A program made the translations under genes and the position numbers. 64,000 nucleotides of DNA from an uncultured Gammaproteobacteria bacterium (lineage in GTDB: Bacteria > Patescibacteriota > Microgenomatia > Levybacterales > UBA12049). The notes below the pieces were generated by a model, which made no database searches, was not told the origin of the DNA, and was given only the letters and a program-made list of their open reading frames with translations. The DNA lies in NCBI GenBank assembly GCA_964391315.1, contig CAYMJR010000001.1:141983-205982 (forward strand), read 5' to 3'. This document shows positions 26,779 through 37,250 of the stretch, piece after piece (the stretch's first letter is position 1; each line of letters begins with the position of its first letter).

Positions 26779-28560
26779 ATGTGCGGAATATTCGGTTATA
26801 TCGGCCCTAAAACCAACACGTCACAACTTATTTTTGAAGGACTTAAAACCCTTGAATACAGAGGATATGACTCGTGGGGCATTGCTGTCAAACATGATGG
26901 CAAACTTAAAATGGAAAAAGAAATTGGTAAACTTCCCACCTCTCCTAAAACATCAATCTTAAATCTTCAATCTACCATCGGTATCGGTCATACCCGGTGG
27001 GCAACCCATGGTGGCGTCACCGTCACCAATGCGCACCCCCACCTTGATTGCACAAAACAAATCGCTATCATACACAATGGAATTGTTGAAAACTTTCAGG
27101 AAATTAAAGAGGAACTGCTTGCAAAAGGTCACAAATTTGTCTCTGAAACAGATACTGAAGTCATTGCCCACTTGCTCGAGGACTATGCTGCAGCTTGCAC
27201 CAATCTCCAGGAAGCTATGATACTAACGTTCAACCGCCTTCGAGGTCTCAACGCAGTTGTTGCTCTTAATTCTAAAACAAATGAAATTGTCGCTGCCAAA
27301 AACGGCTCCCCTCTTTTGGTCGGTATTTCAGAAACACCCGGCGAATACTTCCTTGCTTCAGATGCATCAGGCATCATCAAACACACAAAACGGGTCATTT
27401 TTCTTGAAGACAAACAGCTAGTAAGCCTCTCTTCTGAGTTACACCTCTTCTCTCTTCCAGAAGGACAGGAAATTGAGCCACAAATTCATACACTCGATTG
27501 GGATTTCACTGAGGCAGAAAAAGGTAGCTTTTCTCATTTCCTTCTCAAAGAAATTCATGAACAACCAAAAGTCATTGAACAAATCGCACTCACCTATACT
27601 GATTCCACCAAAAATTTAGCTGAACTGATCGACAAAGCGTATGGCACATTTATGCTTGGTTGTGGTACTGCTTCATATGCAGCCCTGTCAGGAGTATATC
27701 TTTTCTCAAATATTGCCAAAAGACATGTCAATTTCTCAATCGGCTCAGAATTTAATTACATTGAAGATTATGTCAAACCCCAAACACTTGTCATCCCGAT
27801 CAGTCAATCTGGTGAAACAATTGACGTCGTCGAACCAGTCCAGAAAGCCAAGGCAAAAGGAGCACACATTGCTGCTTTAGTAAATGTTCTTGGTTCAACA
27901 ATTTATCGACAGGCTCATTACAAAATTCTTCTTGGTGCAGGACAGGAAAAAGCAGTTGTCTCAACAAAAGCATTCATGGCAATGTTCGCAATCCTTCTCA
28001 TGACAGCATATTCACTGATTGATAAACAAGAATCAGCCCAAAAGCTGCTCACTGCTGCAAGCGAGGATATCACAAAAATTCTTCATGAGGATAACGTCAA
28101 ACAGATCAAACAACTCGCAGAAAAACTCAAAAAGAAAGAACATATCTATATTTTAGGCCGCGGACTTTCCTACGCGACTGCTATGGAAGCAACATTGAAA
28201 ATCAAAGAAACAGCTTATGTCCATGCAGAAGGATTTGCTGGAGGAGAACTCAAACATGGAGTCATTGCTCTTATTGAAAAAGGAACACCATGTATTATTT
28301 TTGCACCAAATGACGAGACGTATGATGAGATTATCTCAAATGCACAGGAAGTACGGGCACGCGGTGGACTTATCATTGGAATTGGACCACGAAATAATAA
28401 AGTCTTTGATCATTTTCTTGAAACAGGTAACAATAAAGAAGCAACACTTCTCTCACAAGTTGCTATTGCGCAGCTTCTCGCCTACTACTTAGCACTTGCT
28501 CGAGGCATTAAAGACCCAGACAAACCACGAAATCTGGCTAAATCAGTAACTGTTAAATAG
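26779..28560 (+). CDS. glmS: glutamine--fructose-6-phosphate aminotransferase
   Basis: N-terminal MCGIFGYIG Ntn-amidotransferase domain plus two SIS domains. Confidence 0.9.
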   Translation: MCGIFGYIGPKTNTSQLIFEGLKTLEYRGYDSWGIAVKHDGKLKMEKEIGKLPTSPKTSILNLQSTIGIGHTRWATHGGVTVTNAHPHLDCTKQIAIIHNGIVENFQEIKEELLAKGHKFVSETDTEVIAHLLEDYAAACTNLQEAMILTFNRLRGLNAVVALNSKTNEIVAAKNGSPLLVGISETPGEYFLASDASGIIKHTKRVIFLEDKQLVSLSSELHLFSLPEGQEIEPQIHTLDWDFTEAEKGSFSHFLLKEIHEQPKVIEQIALTYTDSTKNLAELIDKAYGTFMLGCGTASYAALSGVYLFSNIAKRHVNFSIGSEFNYIEDYVKPQTLVIPISQSGETIDVVEPVQKAKAKGAHIAALVNVLGSTIYRQAHYKILLGAGQEKAVVSTKAFMAMFAILLMTAYSLIDKQESAQKLLTAASEDITKILHEDNVKQIKQLAEKLKKKEHIYILGRGLSYATAMEATLKIKETAYVHAEGFAGGELKHGVIALIEKGTPCIIFAPNDETYDEIISNAQEVRARGGLIIGIGPRNNKVFDHFLETGNNKEATLLSQVAIAQLLAYYLALARGIKDPDKPRNLAKSVTVK

Positions 28561-28564
28561 AATC

Positions 28565-28593
28565 TTGGCAAGCTCACCGGAATATGGTACAAT
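28565..28593 (+). promoter_or_regulatory. promoter TTGGCA-17-TACAAT upstream of secE
   Basis: -35 at 28565..28570 and -10 at 28588..28593. Confidence 0.45.
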
Positions 28594-28634
28594 AGCTATT
28601 GACAACCCTGGTAAGGGGTTTTTAGTATTTAATA

Positions 28635-28817
28635 ATGACAGTGCCCATAAAATTCTTTCGTGAAACATATGATGAACTCAAACTCGTCAAATGGCCAACT
28701 CGTCAGAATGTCATTAATCTTACCGGCGTTGTTATTCTAATCAGTATTCTGATCGGACTGTATATCGGAGGCCTTGATTATTTATTTACAAAATTAACTG
28801 AGCTAATCATAAAATAA
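28635..28817 (+). CDS. secE: preprotein translocase subunit SecE
   Basis: 60 aa with the FFRETYDELKLVKWPTRQ... motif and a single TM helix. Standard position before nusG. Confidence 0.8.
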   Translation: MTVPIKFFRETYDELKLVKWPTRQNVINLTGVVILISILIGLYIGGLDYLFTKLTELIIK

Positions 28818-28818
28818 T

Positions 28819-29406
28819 ATGGATAAAACACAAGAACCAACAACAGAAGCAAAAGTAGAAACACCAGCAGCAGATCACTCTGCAGCAGGAAAATGGTACA
28901 TTATCCACACCTATGCAGGTCATGAAAATAAAGTTGCCCGTTCTTTGAAACAAAGAATGGAAGCAATGGGTTTTGCTGATCGCATTTTTGATATTGTTGT
29001 TCCTACCCGCAATACAATTAAAGTTTCACAAGGTAAAAAAGAAACAGTAAAAGAAAAGATCTTTCCAGGCTATGTTCTGGTCAAAATGATTCTTGATGAT
29101 GAAACCTGGTTCTTAGTCCGCAGTACTGAAGGCGTTACTTCTTTCATTGGTGCAGGCAACAAACCAACACCTATTTCAGACCAAGAAGTTGAAGCTATCC
29201 AAAAGTTCATGAATCAGGAAGAACCAATGTATAAGGTTGCTTTCTCAGTTGGTGAAGCAGTCAAAATCACCGATGGTCCTTTCACAGACTTTTTGGGAAC
29301 AATTGATTCAATTGATGAAGCACGAGGCAAAGTACATGTCTTGGTAAGTATTTTTGGTCGCGAAACACCAGTTGAACTAGACTTCCTGCAAGTAAAGAAG
29401 ATCTAA
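28819..29406 (+). CDS. nusG: transcription termination/antitermination factor NusG
   Basis: NGN domain ([15 protein letters not shown]) and a KOW domain ([19 protein letters not shown]). Confidence 0.9.
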   Translation: MDKTQEPTTEAKVETPAADHSAAGKWYIIHTYAGHENKVARSLKQRMEAMGFADRIFDIVVPTRNTIKVSQGKKETVKEKIFPGYVLVKMILDDETWFLVRSTEGVTSFIGAGNKPTPISDQEVEAIQKFMNQEEPMYKVAFSVGEAVKITDGPFTDFLGTIDSIDEARGKVHVLVSIFGRETPVELDFLQVKKI

Positions 29407-29410
29407 CCCT

Positions 29411-29830
29411 ATGGCAAAGAAGATTAAAACACTTATAAAATTGAATATTCCAGCAGGTGCAGCAACTCCTGCACCACCAGTTGGTCCAGCTCTTGGTCAG
29501 CATGGACTTCCTATCATGGAATTCGTGAAGGCATATAATGACAAAACAGCCGACCAAAAAGGCAATATCCTGCCTGTTGTCATTACCGTCTATGAAGATC
29601 GTACCTTTACCTTTATTACCAAAAAACCACCAGTCGCTGAAATGATCAAAAAAGTTCTTGGTAAAGCTGGTAGCCAAAAACCAGGTAAAGAAAAAGCAGG
29701 AACCCTGACAATGGATCAAGCACGAAAAATTGCAGAAGATAAATTGGAAGATTTGAATACTGATGATGTAGAAATGGCTGTCCGCGTTGTCGCTGGAACA
29801 GCACGATCAATGGGAGTAGAAGTTAAATAA
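29411..29830 (+). CDS. rplK: 50S ribosomal protein L11
   Basis: [19 protein letters not shown] signature. Confidence 0.9.
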   Translation: MAKKIKTLIKLNIPAGAATPAPPVGPALGQHGLPIMEFVKAYNDKTADQKGNILPVVITVYEDRTFTFITKKPPVAEMIKKVLGKAGSQKPGKEKAGTLTMDQARKIAEDKLEDLNTDDVEMAVRVVAGTARSMGVEVK

Positions 29831-29833
29831 CCT

Positions 29834-30673
29834 ATGGGAAAAATAAGAATTAAAGCACTCGGAGACGAGCAACAAGAAAAAGTAGATCAGAAAAAAGCTG
29901 AAGCTCGTACTGCAGCAAAAAAAGCACGCGAAGAAGCTGAAGCTCGAAAAGCTGCTGCTGATTCCACAGCTGCACCTGTTGAAGAAGGTACAAAAGAAGA
30001 AACTCCAGCAGAAGAGAAAAAATCGAAGAAAAAGGCAAAGTTTGTCAAATCAAAAAAACAAACCCACTCTGATGCATATCTTAAAGTTGCAACCAAAATT
30101 GAAGCTAATAAAGTGTATAAACTTCAGGACGCATTGACCCTTCTTCCAGAATTGAAAGTCGCAAAGTTTGATGAAACAGTAGAACTTCACATCAATACAA
30201 CAGAAAAAGGTATTTCAGGCGCTGTTACTTTGCCACATGGCACAGGAAAATCAGTCCGTGTTGCGATTGTTGATGGAGCAGATGCAAAAGCAGTTGATGA
30301 GCAAGTCAAAAAGATCGAAACAGGACAAATTGATTTCGATGTCTTGATTGCAACTCCTGATGCAATGCCAAAACTTGCTCGTGTTGCACGTATCCTTGGT
30401 CCAAAAGGTTTGATGCCAAATCCAAAAAATGGTACAGTCACACCAAAACCACAAGAAGTTGCAAAGAAATTTGAAGGCGGCCAGATGAACTTCAAAACTG
30501 AGGCTAAATTTCCTATCCTTCACCTTTCAGTTGGAAAAGTTTCTTTCGGAGACAAAAAACTTTCTGACAATATCAAAGCAGCAGTCGCAGCAGTTAATGT
30601 TAAAAAAATCAAAGACGTAACCCTCAAATCAACCATGTCCCCTGCTATTAAACTTGACGTAGCAAGCCTCTAA
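29834..30673 (+). CDS. rplA: 50S ribosomal protein L1, with a ~60-aa Lys/Ala/Glu-rich N-terminal extension
   Basis: The L1 core runs from about residue 70 (LLPELKVAKFDETVELHINT...). It is preceded by KKAEARTAAKKAREEAEARKAAAD...KKSKKKAKFVKSKK. Confidence 0.9.
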   Translation: MGKIRIKALGDEQQEKVDQKKAEARTAAKKAREEAEARKAAADSTAAPVEEGTKEETPAEEKKSKKKAKFVKSKKQTHSDAYLKVATKIEANKVYKLQDALTLLPELKVAKFDETVELHINTTEKGISGAVTLPHGTGKSVRVAIVDGADAKAVDEQVKKIETGQIDFDVLIATPDAMPKLARVARILGPKGLMPNPKNGTVTPKPQEVAKKFEGGQMNFKTEAKFPILHLSVGKVSFGDKKLSDNIKAAVAAVNVKKIKDVTLKSTMSPAIKLDVASL

Positions 30674-33600
30674 TCGTTATTTTTTCTCTTCTCTTTACCT
30701 TTTGTTCTTACCAGTGCATAAATAAATGGTAATGGCAATAAAACAAATCCAATATATTCCAAATATTGCGGCCAGAAAATTAGTGTCACCTGTAAAGGCG
30801 TTTTCTTATCTAAAACTTCTGCGAGTCTCCATCCATTCGCCCAATTATTGACCACAATGTGGTCCTTGATCTCATGACCAAACACCATTGGTAGCATTCG
30901 TGAAAGCCAATTATCAGTAACATATGCCTTCCAACTGGCATCATAACTTTGAAATAGTACCAACACAGATGTGTCAGAAACATTTGCTTTATCCAAATCA
31001 ATTGAATAACGATAGCCAACAGGATGATTTACAGACTGAATTACATGAAGGTTTGTTGTAGAAATCGTGGGATTCTGTGTTTGAACTACCTTCATCTCCT
31101 TCAAAAAGTTATATGGCATTGGATAAACAATAACTTCTGACAAATCATTCACAGATTGCTGTTTACCTATTGATACATCATCAAAATGCAATACATACCC
31201 TACGCCATCAGAAGCCATAGGTGGAATGACAAAATATTCCCAACCAAATGAATTCTGTTTACTAAGATAGATCTGTGGATCGGCTCGTTTTTCTATCAAA
31301 TTTTCAACCCAAAAACTCAAAGAATTCCCTGAAAAATGCCGACTTTTAACAGCAACCAAATACCCAAATATCTGAGGAAAATCTTGTAAAGAAATAACAC
31401 GACAAGTCTGTGCATTGGTAGAACTCAATCGAATAAATTGTGTACCGTTTGTATCTTTTTGCACAACCTGATTCCATTGTTTATCATTTCCTTTCGTTCC
31501 CCTCTCACAGGTAACTTCACTCCCTATTGACTGTTGGGTACTACTATCATAACTGCCGTAACGGTTATCCCGTGGAATGCCGACCTCCATTGTACCGTTT
31601 ATTACTGAAGAAACTGATGCGACAGCTATCGGATGATCATTATTGATAAGTTGGGGAATACTTTTTGTTTGATGAAGATTTTTTGGGTCAAATCTGATGA
31701 ACTCACCGTTGGTATCTTGTGGCATGATAAGTTTTCCTTGTGACACTTTTTGTTGGAAAATAAATGCGCTTGGAGTTGCTGTAACATGATATGAAATATA
31801 ATTACTTCCCCGGCCGCTGAAAAGAGAACGGAAAGGATAATACACATCTGCGCTCCCCTTCTGAACAACGACATAATCGCCAAAATCTCGATATGCATTA
31901 TCTTGTCCTAACCAATTTGTGTTCGTCTCAATAGTTTGAGGATTATTAACGACCGAAATATAATTATTATTTTCAATGTTCGTCTCATAGAGAGCAATCG
32001 AACCAAATATTTTTACTTTATGAAGCTGTGGATCATCCGCAATAAAATCTTTTTGTCTTAAAATGGTAAAAACAGAATTTGGATTATCAGGAAAATACAA
32101 AGCCGAATCAAACATTACATAGGAAATATCATATTTGCGAAGAACTGCATGAAAAAGCGAGTAATCACGCTTGTTAAGTGCATAAACCATTTCCCAATAA
32201 TACTCTTCATTCTTGTCATTCCAGACATCAAATGTGCGATTAAGCATAGATTGGCTAAATCCGTGCCATAAGAAACCTGACCCTGTATATCCCCATTGAT
32301 AACTCATCCATCCCCATATCGGTCCCTGAGGAAGATCAGCAATCCGCTTTGTGGAGTCCTGATGATTCATGTAGTTAAAAAAATCAAAATAATATTGAGG
32401 AATCTGTACCCTCATCTTATTGGCAATAAAGTTTCCTGAAAAAATAGGAAGCATATATATAATGAGTAATCCTCCGATAATCATAGCTCCGACAAAAGAA
32501 AGAGGTTTGGTGATTTTTGCCGGAATTAGCCTTGAAAGAAGTACTATTCCTTCACTAAATCCAACTGCAAAAACAAAAATCGTCGGCACGATAAATTTGG
32601 TAAACGGATCTCGGAGCACCTGATTAACAATATTTATTTGTCGAAAAAACAGATTGACTTCGCGGGCTATTGGAACTTGATTGGCGAGAATGAAAAAACA
32701 AATTAGTGCAAGTCCGGCAACAAATCCTCGTTGAGATCTGTTTGCAGCAATCCCTAAAAGAGCGATAAGAAAAAATAGGTATCCTATGATCGGGATAACC
32801 GGATGAGCAAAATAGTCATGCCATGATTGGAGTAAAAATTGCGTATTGTTAACCGTGAAATTAAGGTAACCCCAAGGTTTATTCCTAAAAAGCATAAAAT
32901 CTGCTACATTCCCAAATTGCTGTACTGTTTGTAAGGTCTGATCTGTTGTTAAGGTATTCATTGACGCAGCCTGTTGCACAGATGAATGATTGGTTAAAAG
33001 CCACGACAAATGGGGAAAAAACCAAAATGCATTAACAAAAATAAAAATAATAAAGGCAGTGATGATAATTTTAAGCATTCCTTTTGTTCTCGTGGCAATA
33101 AATTGCGTGAATAAAAGGAATAAAAAGATTACTAAATAGACATAAAAAATAGTTTGGAGGAAAAACGACGGCATTGCCAGGAAATTAATGAGAGCAAAAA
33201 TGATGACATTTTTTGGTGTCGGATTATGTACATACCGTAATGTTCCAAACATGAGCCACGGGAACGCCGCCCAAAAAGAAGAAAAGGGTTCAAATGGAAC
33301 CATAAAATATTGCACTGTCCCCAAATTAAAAAGATAAAAAAGTGCTCCAAATAAAGCTGCGTACTGTCTGATTTTTCCTTTAGGACCAATAAAAAATGTT
33401 TTTATTGCAACATACGTTCCGACTGTTCCTACAAAAAGCATCAAAAAATGAAAAAGATATCGGATAATACTGGTTGGTAAAACCAATGAAAAAATCCATA
33501 TCAGCAATAAACGTGGAACATCAGCAGCATCATTAACACCGATAAAGGTTCCTGTCGCTTCGTACTCTTGCCAGACTGAGGCAATTGATCTAACTAAATT

Positions 33601-33738
33601 GCCGAAAGGATTAAATTCCGAATGAAGATCATCCCATCCTGACAAGAAAGTTCCTCGATGATAGTTAGTAAAAACGATGCTCAGTGTTGCTAACAATAGT
33701 ATTGCAACTACAAAAAATGTCCTTTTATTTTTTCTCAT
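30670..33738 (-). CDS. large polytopic membrane protein with extracytoplasmic C-terminal domain (putative GT-C-like glycosyltransferase)
   Basis: About 13 TM helices within ~480 aa, then a ~540-aa soluble domain. It is co-oriented with GT4 and GT2 genes. Confidence 0.55.
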   Translation of the reverse strand: MRKNKRTFFVVAILLLATLSIVFTNYHRGTFLSGWDDLHSEFNPFGNLVRSIASVWQEYEATGTFIGVNDAADVPRLLLIWIFSLVLPTSIIRYLFHFLMLFVGTVGTYVAIKTFFIGPKGKIRQYAALFGALFYLFNLGTVQYFMVPFEPFSSFWAAFPWLMFGTLRYVHNPTPKNVIIFALINFLAMPSFFLQTIFYVYLVIFLFLLFTQFIATRTKGMLKIIITAFIIFIFVNAFWFFPHLSWLLTNHSSVQQAASMNTLTTDQTLQTVQQFGNVADFMLFRNKPWGYLNFTVNNTQFLLQSWHDYFAHPVIPIIGYLFFLIALLGIAANRSQRGFVAGLALICFFILANQVPIAREVNLFFRQINIVNQVLRDPFTKFIVPTIFVFAVGFSEGIVLLSRLIPAKITKPLSFVGAMIIGGLLIIYMLPIFSGNFIANKMRVQIPQYYFDFFNYMNHQDSTKRIADLPQGPIWGWMSYQWGYTGSGFLWHGFSQSMLNRTFDVWNDKNEEYYWEMVYALNKRDYSLFHAVLRKYDISYVMFDSALYFPDNPNSVFTILRQKDFIADDPQLHKVKIFGSIALYETNIENNNYISVVNNPQTIETNTNWLGQDNAYRDFGDYVVVQKGSADVYYPFRSLFSGRGSNYISYHVTATPSAFIFQQKVSQGKLIMPQDTNGEFIRFDPKNLHQTKSIPQLINNDHPIAVASVSSVINGTMEVGIPRDNRYGSYDSSTQQSIGSEVTCERGTKGNDKQWNQVVQKDTNGTQFIRLSSTNAQTCRVISLQDFPQIFGYLVAVKSRHFSGNSLSFWVENLIEKRADPQIYLSKQNSFGWEYFVIPPMASDGVGYVLHFDDVSIGKQQSVNDLSEVIVYPMPYNFLKEMKVVQTQNPTISTTNLHVIQSVNHPVGYRYSIDLDKANVSDTSVLVLFQSYDASWKAYVTDNWLSRMLPMVFGHEIKDHIVVNNWANGWRLAEVLDKKTPLQVTLIFWPQYLEYIGFVLLPLPFIYALVRTKGKEKRKNND

Positions 33739-33752
33739 AATTTAATTATGTT

Positions 33753-35015
33753 TTATCTCTCAAGAAGTGATAAATACATTGTCCCTATTTTCTGAAATGA
33801 TCGTGTCTGTGCAAGTGCTTTCTCTATCCGAATCAATTTTTGCATATACTGTTTATCGAGTATTGTACGTTTTATTGTGCGATCAAGTGATTCAGTATTA
33901 AAGGTAAAGCTGAGATCTTCAACGTTCAATTGTTCCTGTTGCAACAAAGTATGAAAATCTTCTGTTTGAGTAATTGACTCCATGAAGGCAGATATGAGAA
34001 TTGGTTTTGCATAAGAAAAAGCCAGAGACAATGGACCACTTGCAGAAAATATCGTCCGATAAGGATAAATCAAACAATCAGCAGCTTGATAGTAGAGTGC
34101 AATAGTATCTTCCGGTATATAGCCTGTGATGGTAATCCTTCCGTTACTTTGCCGTGCAATTTCTTGTACGGTTTCAATATACGTTCGATAAAATGAGAAA
34201 GAGAGTCGATTAGGATTTGCTCCTCCGGCGATAATCAAACGAATTTTTTTATTTTCTATAAATTCAGGCAATTGATTAATAGCATCAACCAACCAATCTG
34301 TCCCCTTATACCATGCCATATAACCAAAATTTACCAAAAGAAACTCATCTGAGTCTATCTGTAATGTTTTTCGCGCACTTTCTCTGGTTACTGTGGAATT
34401 TACTGTTTCAACACCATGAGGAATAACAACTATCTTATTCGTCTTCTGTTGCAGTGAATCTTTCAATACTTGATCAAAAACGACAACCCGTCGAGAAAAA
34501 AGAACAAGAAGTTTATAAAACAAACTGAGAAATAGAGTACCAACTGTATTTATCAAAGAACCTTCCTTTGTATTGATATGCCCCCGCACAGCTTCTAAAT
34601 CGGTAATCACATGATGAACGATCACTGTTACCTTTTTCCCACTCAAACGAAGTAATAAAAGAAGTTTGAGAAAAAAAAGTAATCCGAGACTCCCTCCAAA
34701 CATTGCAAGTTCAAATGCGATAAAAACATCTTTTGCAGGAGATGAAATCGCCTGCTTCCAAAGAGTAAACCACGAGGGAATATTATTCCGCTTCCAAATA
34801 CGTTTTACTACTATCCCCTCATCCTGATATTCATGTTCCTGCCCTGTTAATTTCTCAGCTAAGACCGTAATTTCGAGCTCTTTATTTTCCTGCTTCGCAG
34901 CTGCAATCATTCCTAAAAGGGTATTTTTGGTATAAGAAGCAACACCGACAGTCTGTTTTCCGTGGACCAGTCCCCTTTCAGGAAAGCTGGAAATAACGAG
35001 GAGCTCTTTCTTCAT
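33753..35015 (-). CDS. GT-B fold glycosyltransferase (family GT4-like)
   Basis: C-terminal GT1/GT4 pattern (LIIAGGANPN...GYIPEDTIALYYQAADCLIYPY...SGPLSLAFSYAKP). Confidence 0.7.
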   Translation of the reverse strand: MKKELLVISSFPERGLVHGKQTVGVASYTKNTLLGMIAAAKQENKELEITVLAEKLTGQEHEYQDEGIVVKRIWKRNNIPSWFTLWKQAISSPAKDVFIAFELAMFGGSLGLLFFLKLLLLLRLSGKKVTVIVHHVITDLEAVRGHINTKEGSLINTVGTLFLSLFYKLLVLFSRRVVVFDQVLKDSLQQKTNKIVVIPHGVETVNSTVTRESARKTLQIDSDEFLLVNFGYMAWYKGTDWLVDAINQLPEFIENKKIRLIIAGGANPNRLSFSFYRTYIETVQEIARQSNGRITITGYIPEDTIALYYQAADCLIYPYRTIFSASGPLSLAFSYAKPILISAFMESITQTEDFHTLLQQEQLNVEDLSFTFNTESLDRTIKRTILDKQYMQKLIRIEKALAQTRSFQKIGTMYLSLLER

Positions 35016-35806
35016 CGTAACCGCGTAAGCGCTACGTTATATTTTACACCAATTGAGGTGTTTTTTGCTGTTGCGTGACGGATACGAATTAACAATAGCT
35101 CAAGCAAACTCTGTGGAGCTGCTACCCAGACAGTAACTTTCGAACCTTTTTTATCACTCCAGATAACAGGAATTTCACAAATTGATAGTTCAATTCGCCT
35201 TGCCAGAAAAAGGGCTTCTGAATCAAAACTCCAACCGTTTGCAGTGATTCGAGAAAATATTTTTTCTTTTGCCTGTTTGGAAAAGACTTTAAATCCACAG
35301 GTAAAATCGGTTACCCACGTATTTAAAATCACATTTGAAAGATAGGTAAAGACTTTTCCAAATACTTCCCGGTATTTAGGCTGATGAACAACGACAGTTG
35401 AGTGTCCATTTTTTCGCGTCCCGACAATAACATCAATTCCTTCTTTCATCGCAGGAAGAAACTTTTTTAACTCGGTAAGTTGCACTGACATATCAGCATC
35501 CAAAAAAAGCGTGTAGTCAGAGTTTGATTCCTGCATGCCTGTTTTGACGGCAAATCCTTTACCGCAATTTTGTGGATAAGTAATTATTGAGATTGATGCG
35601 TGAAGTTGCTTTTCAATTGTTTTGACCCCATGTTGAATCTTCGCAATAGTTGTATCAGATGAGCCGTCATCAACAAAAATAATCTTCTCAAGCTTGATTT
35701 CCTGTGGTACAACCCACTTTGAAAGCGCTCGTAACGCATTGGATACCCGTTTTGCTTCATTATAGACTGGGATAACAAGAGATAATGTTGTTGCTGTACG
35801 TTTCAT
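35012..35806 (-). CDS. GT2 family glycosyltransferase (polyprenyl-phosphate sugar transferase/DPM1-like)
   Basis: LSLVIPVYNE, FVDDGSSD and LFLDADMS (DxD) motifs. There is a 4-bp overlap with the upstream GT4 gene. Confidence 0.8.
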   Translation of the reverse strand: MKRTATTLSLVIPVYNEAKRVSNALRALSKWVVPQEIKLEKIIFVDDGSSDTTIAKIQHGVKTIEKQLHASISIITYPQNCGKGFAVKTGMQESNSDYTLFLDADMSVQLTELKKFLPAMKEGIDVIVGTRKNGHSTVVVHQPKYREVFGKVFTYLSNVILNTWVTDFTCGFKVFSKQAKEKIFSRITANGWSFDSEALFLARRIELSICEIPVIWSDKKGSKVTVWVAAPQSLLELLLIRIRHATAKNTSIGVKYNVALTRLR

Positions 35807-35830
35807 ATGCTTAAGAAAAGATAGACACGA

Positions 35831-37147
35831 TTAGCAAGTAGGCGCTGTTGGTTTAGGAGCACCAAAAAGATGCGTTTTAACATTTTTTTGATCAGGCTCA
35901 GTTGCTTCAAGATTGACTTGCTGTACATAAGCAACCTGACCATTATATTGTCGGTCTCCTGCAGTCATTTGATCCTTTGAAATCCAGAATGTAGCACCTC
36001 TGACAAAGACATTATCATTATTAGGAGTGCCATCTGTTCCATCTTTTACCCAAGCAAATGCATCCCGCATCCATCCGTTAACAGGATTCCCATCAATTTT
36101 GACATCTTGATATCCTTGTACTACGGCATTATTTTCAAACATTGAAAGATCAACTCTGTGATGGACACCAGGTCGTGAATCTTCAATTAATTTTATCCCA
36201 CCATACTGAACAAAACGGTAATGTGAAGCATCTTTAGTATATGCATCAGTCCCCACTAAAGTAGCAAATGCTTGTAATGCCTTTTGCTGTTCTGCTATTG
36301 AAGAAGGTATTTGAGGAATATTGAGTCTTGAAGTTGGATTTGAAGCATCAACTGTTTCACAAGCAATGAATCCATCTGGATTAAATCCAACTGCATGTAT
36401 ATCAACATTTTTTTGATCAGGCTCAGTTGCTTCAAGCTGTACTTGTCCTTTGTATCCTTCATTTCCTGCTTGTGATAATTCTTGAGGAGTCAATTTATGG
36501 TCATATACCCAAACAGTTGCCTGTCTAAAGTGGAATGAGTCTTCTCCGACGACAACATATGCATCACGGGTAACGTCTGTACCGCTATCACCATTCCAAA
36601 TATTGCGATATCCCTGAACCATAACTTGATCTTTCACATCCTTCATAGAAAGATTAACATGTTCTCTTCCATATGAATTACTTGGGATATCAAAAACTAA
36701 TCCGCCATCCTTGGTAAGATGCCAGTGAGTTGGATCTTGCAACCACTTTTCATCTCCTGCGAGATTGGAAACAGCCCATTGCTGTCCTTCTGCTTCATTG
36801 TCAAACTTCCTGAGGTTTAACCCAGCCTTTTGATTATCTGCACTTCCTTCAGGTTTTGGTGTAGCACTAGCACTTGGTGAGTGTGATGCATCAGGACTTG
36901 CTGATCCACTTGTGAATCTTGGCTTTTCAAGAGAAGGTGAACTACATGCTACTAGAGCGCCACCTGCAGCTACTCCTGCTGCTGTCCTCCCTAGGACTCT
37001 ACGAGTTATTTTTCTATTAAGTAGTTGAACTAACAATGAACTTCCTGTGTCTACAGTTGCTGATCTACCTTGCTGAGAAGCTGTTCCAGTAGCGGGTTCA
37101 ACTGCTGGTCTAACATCTGTTTGTCTAGTTCTTCTTTCTTGTATCAT
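35831..37147 (-). CDS. Tat-signal lipoprotein with internally duplicated ~175-aa domain
   Basis: An RR motif (KITRRVLGRTAAGVAAGGALVAC) followed by a lipobox LVAC. Ser/Pro-rich linker. There are two homologous domains, and the DNA shows a 33-bp exact repeat at 35879..35911 and 36403..36435. Confidence 0.55.
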   Translation of the reverse strand: MIQERRTRQTDVRPAVEPATGTASQQGRSATVDTGSSLLVQLLNRKITRRVLGRTAAGVAAGGALVACSSPSLEKPRFTSGSASPDASHSPSASATPKPEGSADNQKAGLNLRKFDNEAEGQQWAVSNLAGDEKWLQDPTHWHLTKDGGLVFDIPSNSYGREHVNLSMKDVKDQVMVQGYRNIWNGDSGTDVTRDAYVVVGEDSFHFRQATVWVYDHKLTPQELSQAGNEGYKGQVQLEATEPDQKNVDIHAVGFNPDGFIACETVDASNPTSRLNIPQIPSSIAEQQKALQAFATLVGTDAYTKDASHYRFVQYGGIKLIEDSRPGVHHRVDLSMFENNAVVQGYQDVKIDGNPVNGWMRDAFAWVKDGTDGTPNNDNVFVRGATFWISKDQMTAGDRQYNGQVAYVQQVNLEATEPDQKNVKTHLFGAPKPTAPTC

Positions 37148-37250
37148 ATTATTTTATCATTAATTATCTTATAATTTTTATTTTTAAATTATTTGACGAT
37201 TTAAAATCTATTTTATCGATACTATCAAGCGTCCTATATCTTGTCAAGTC

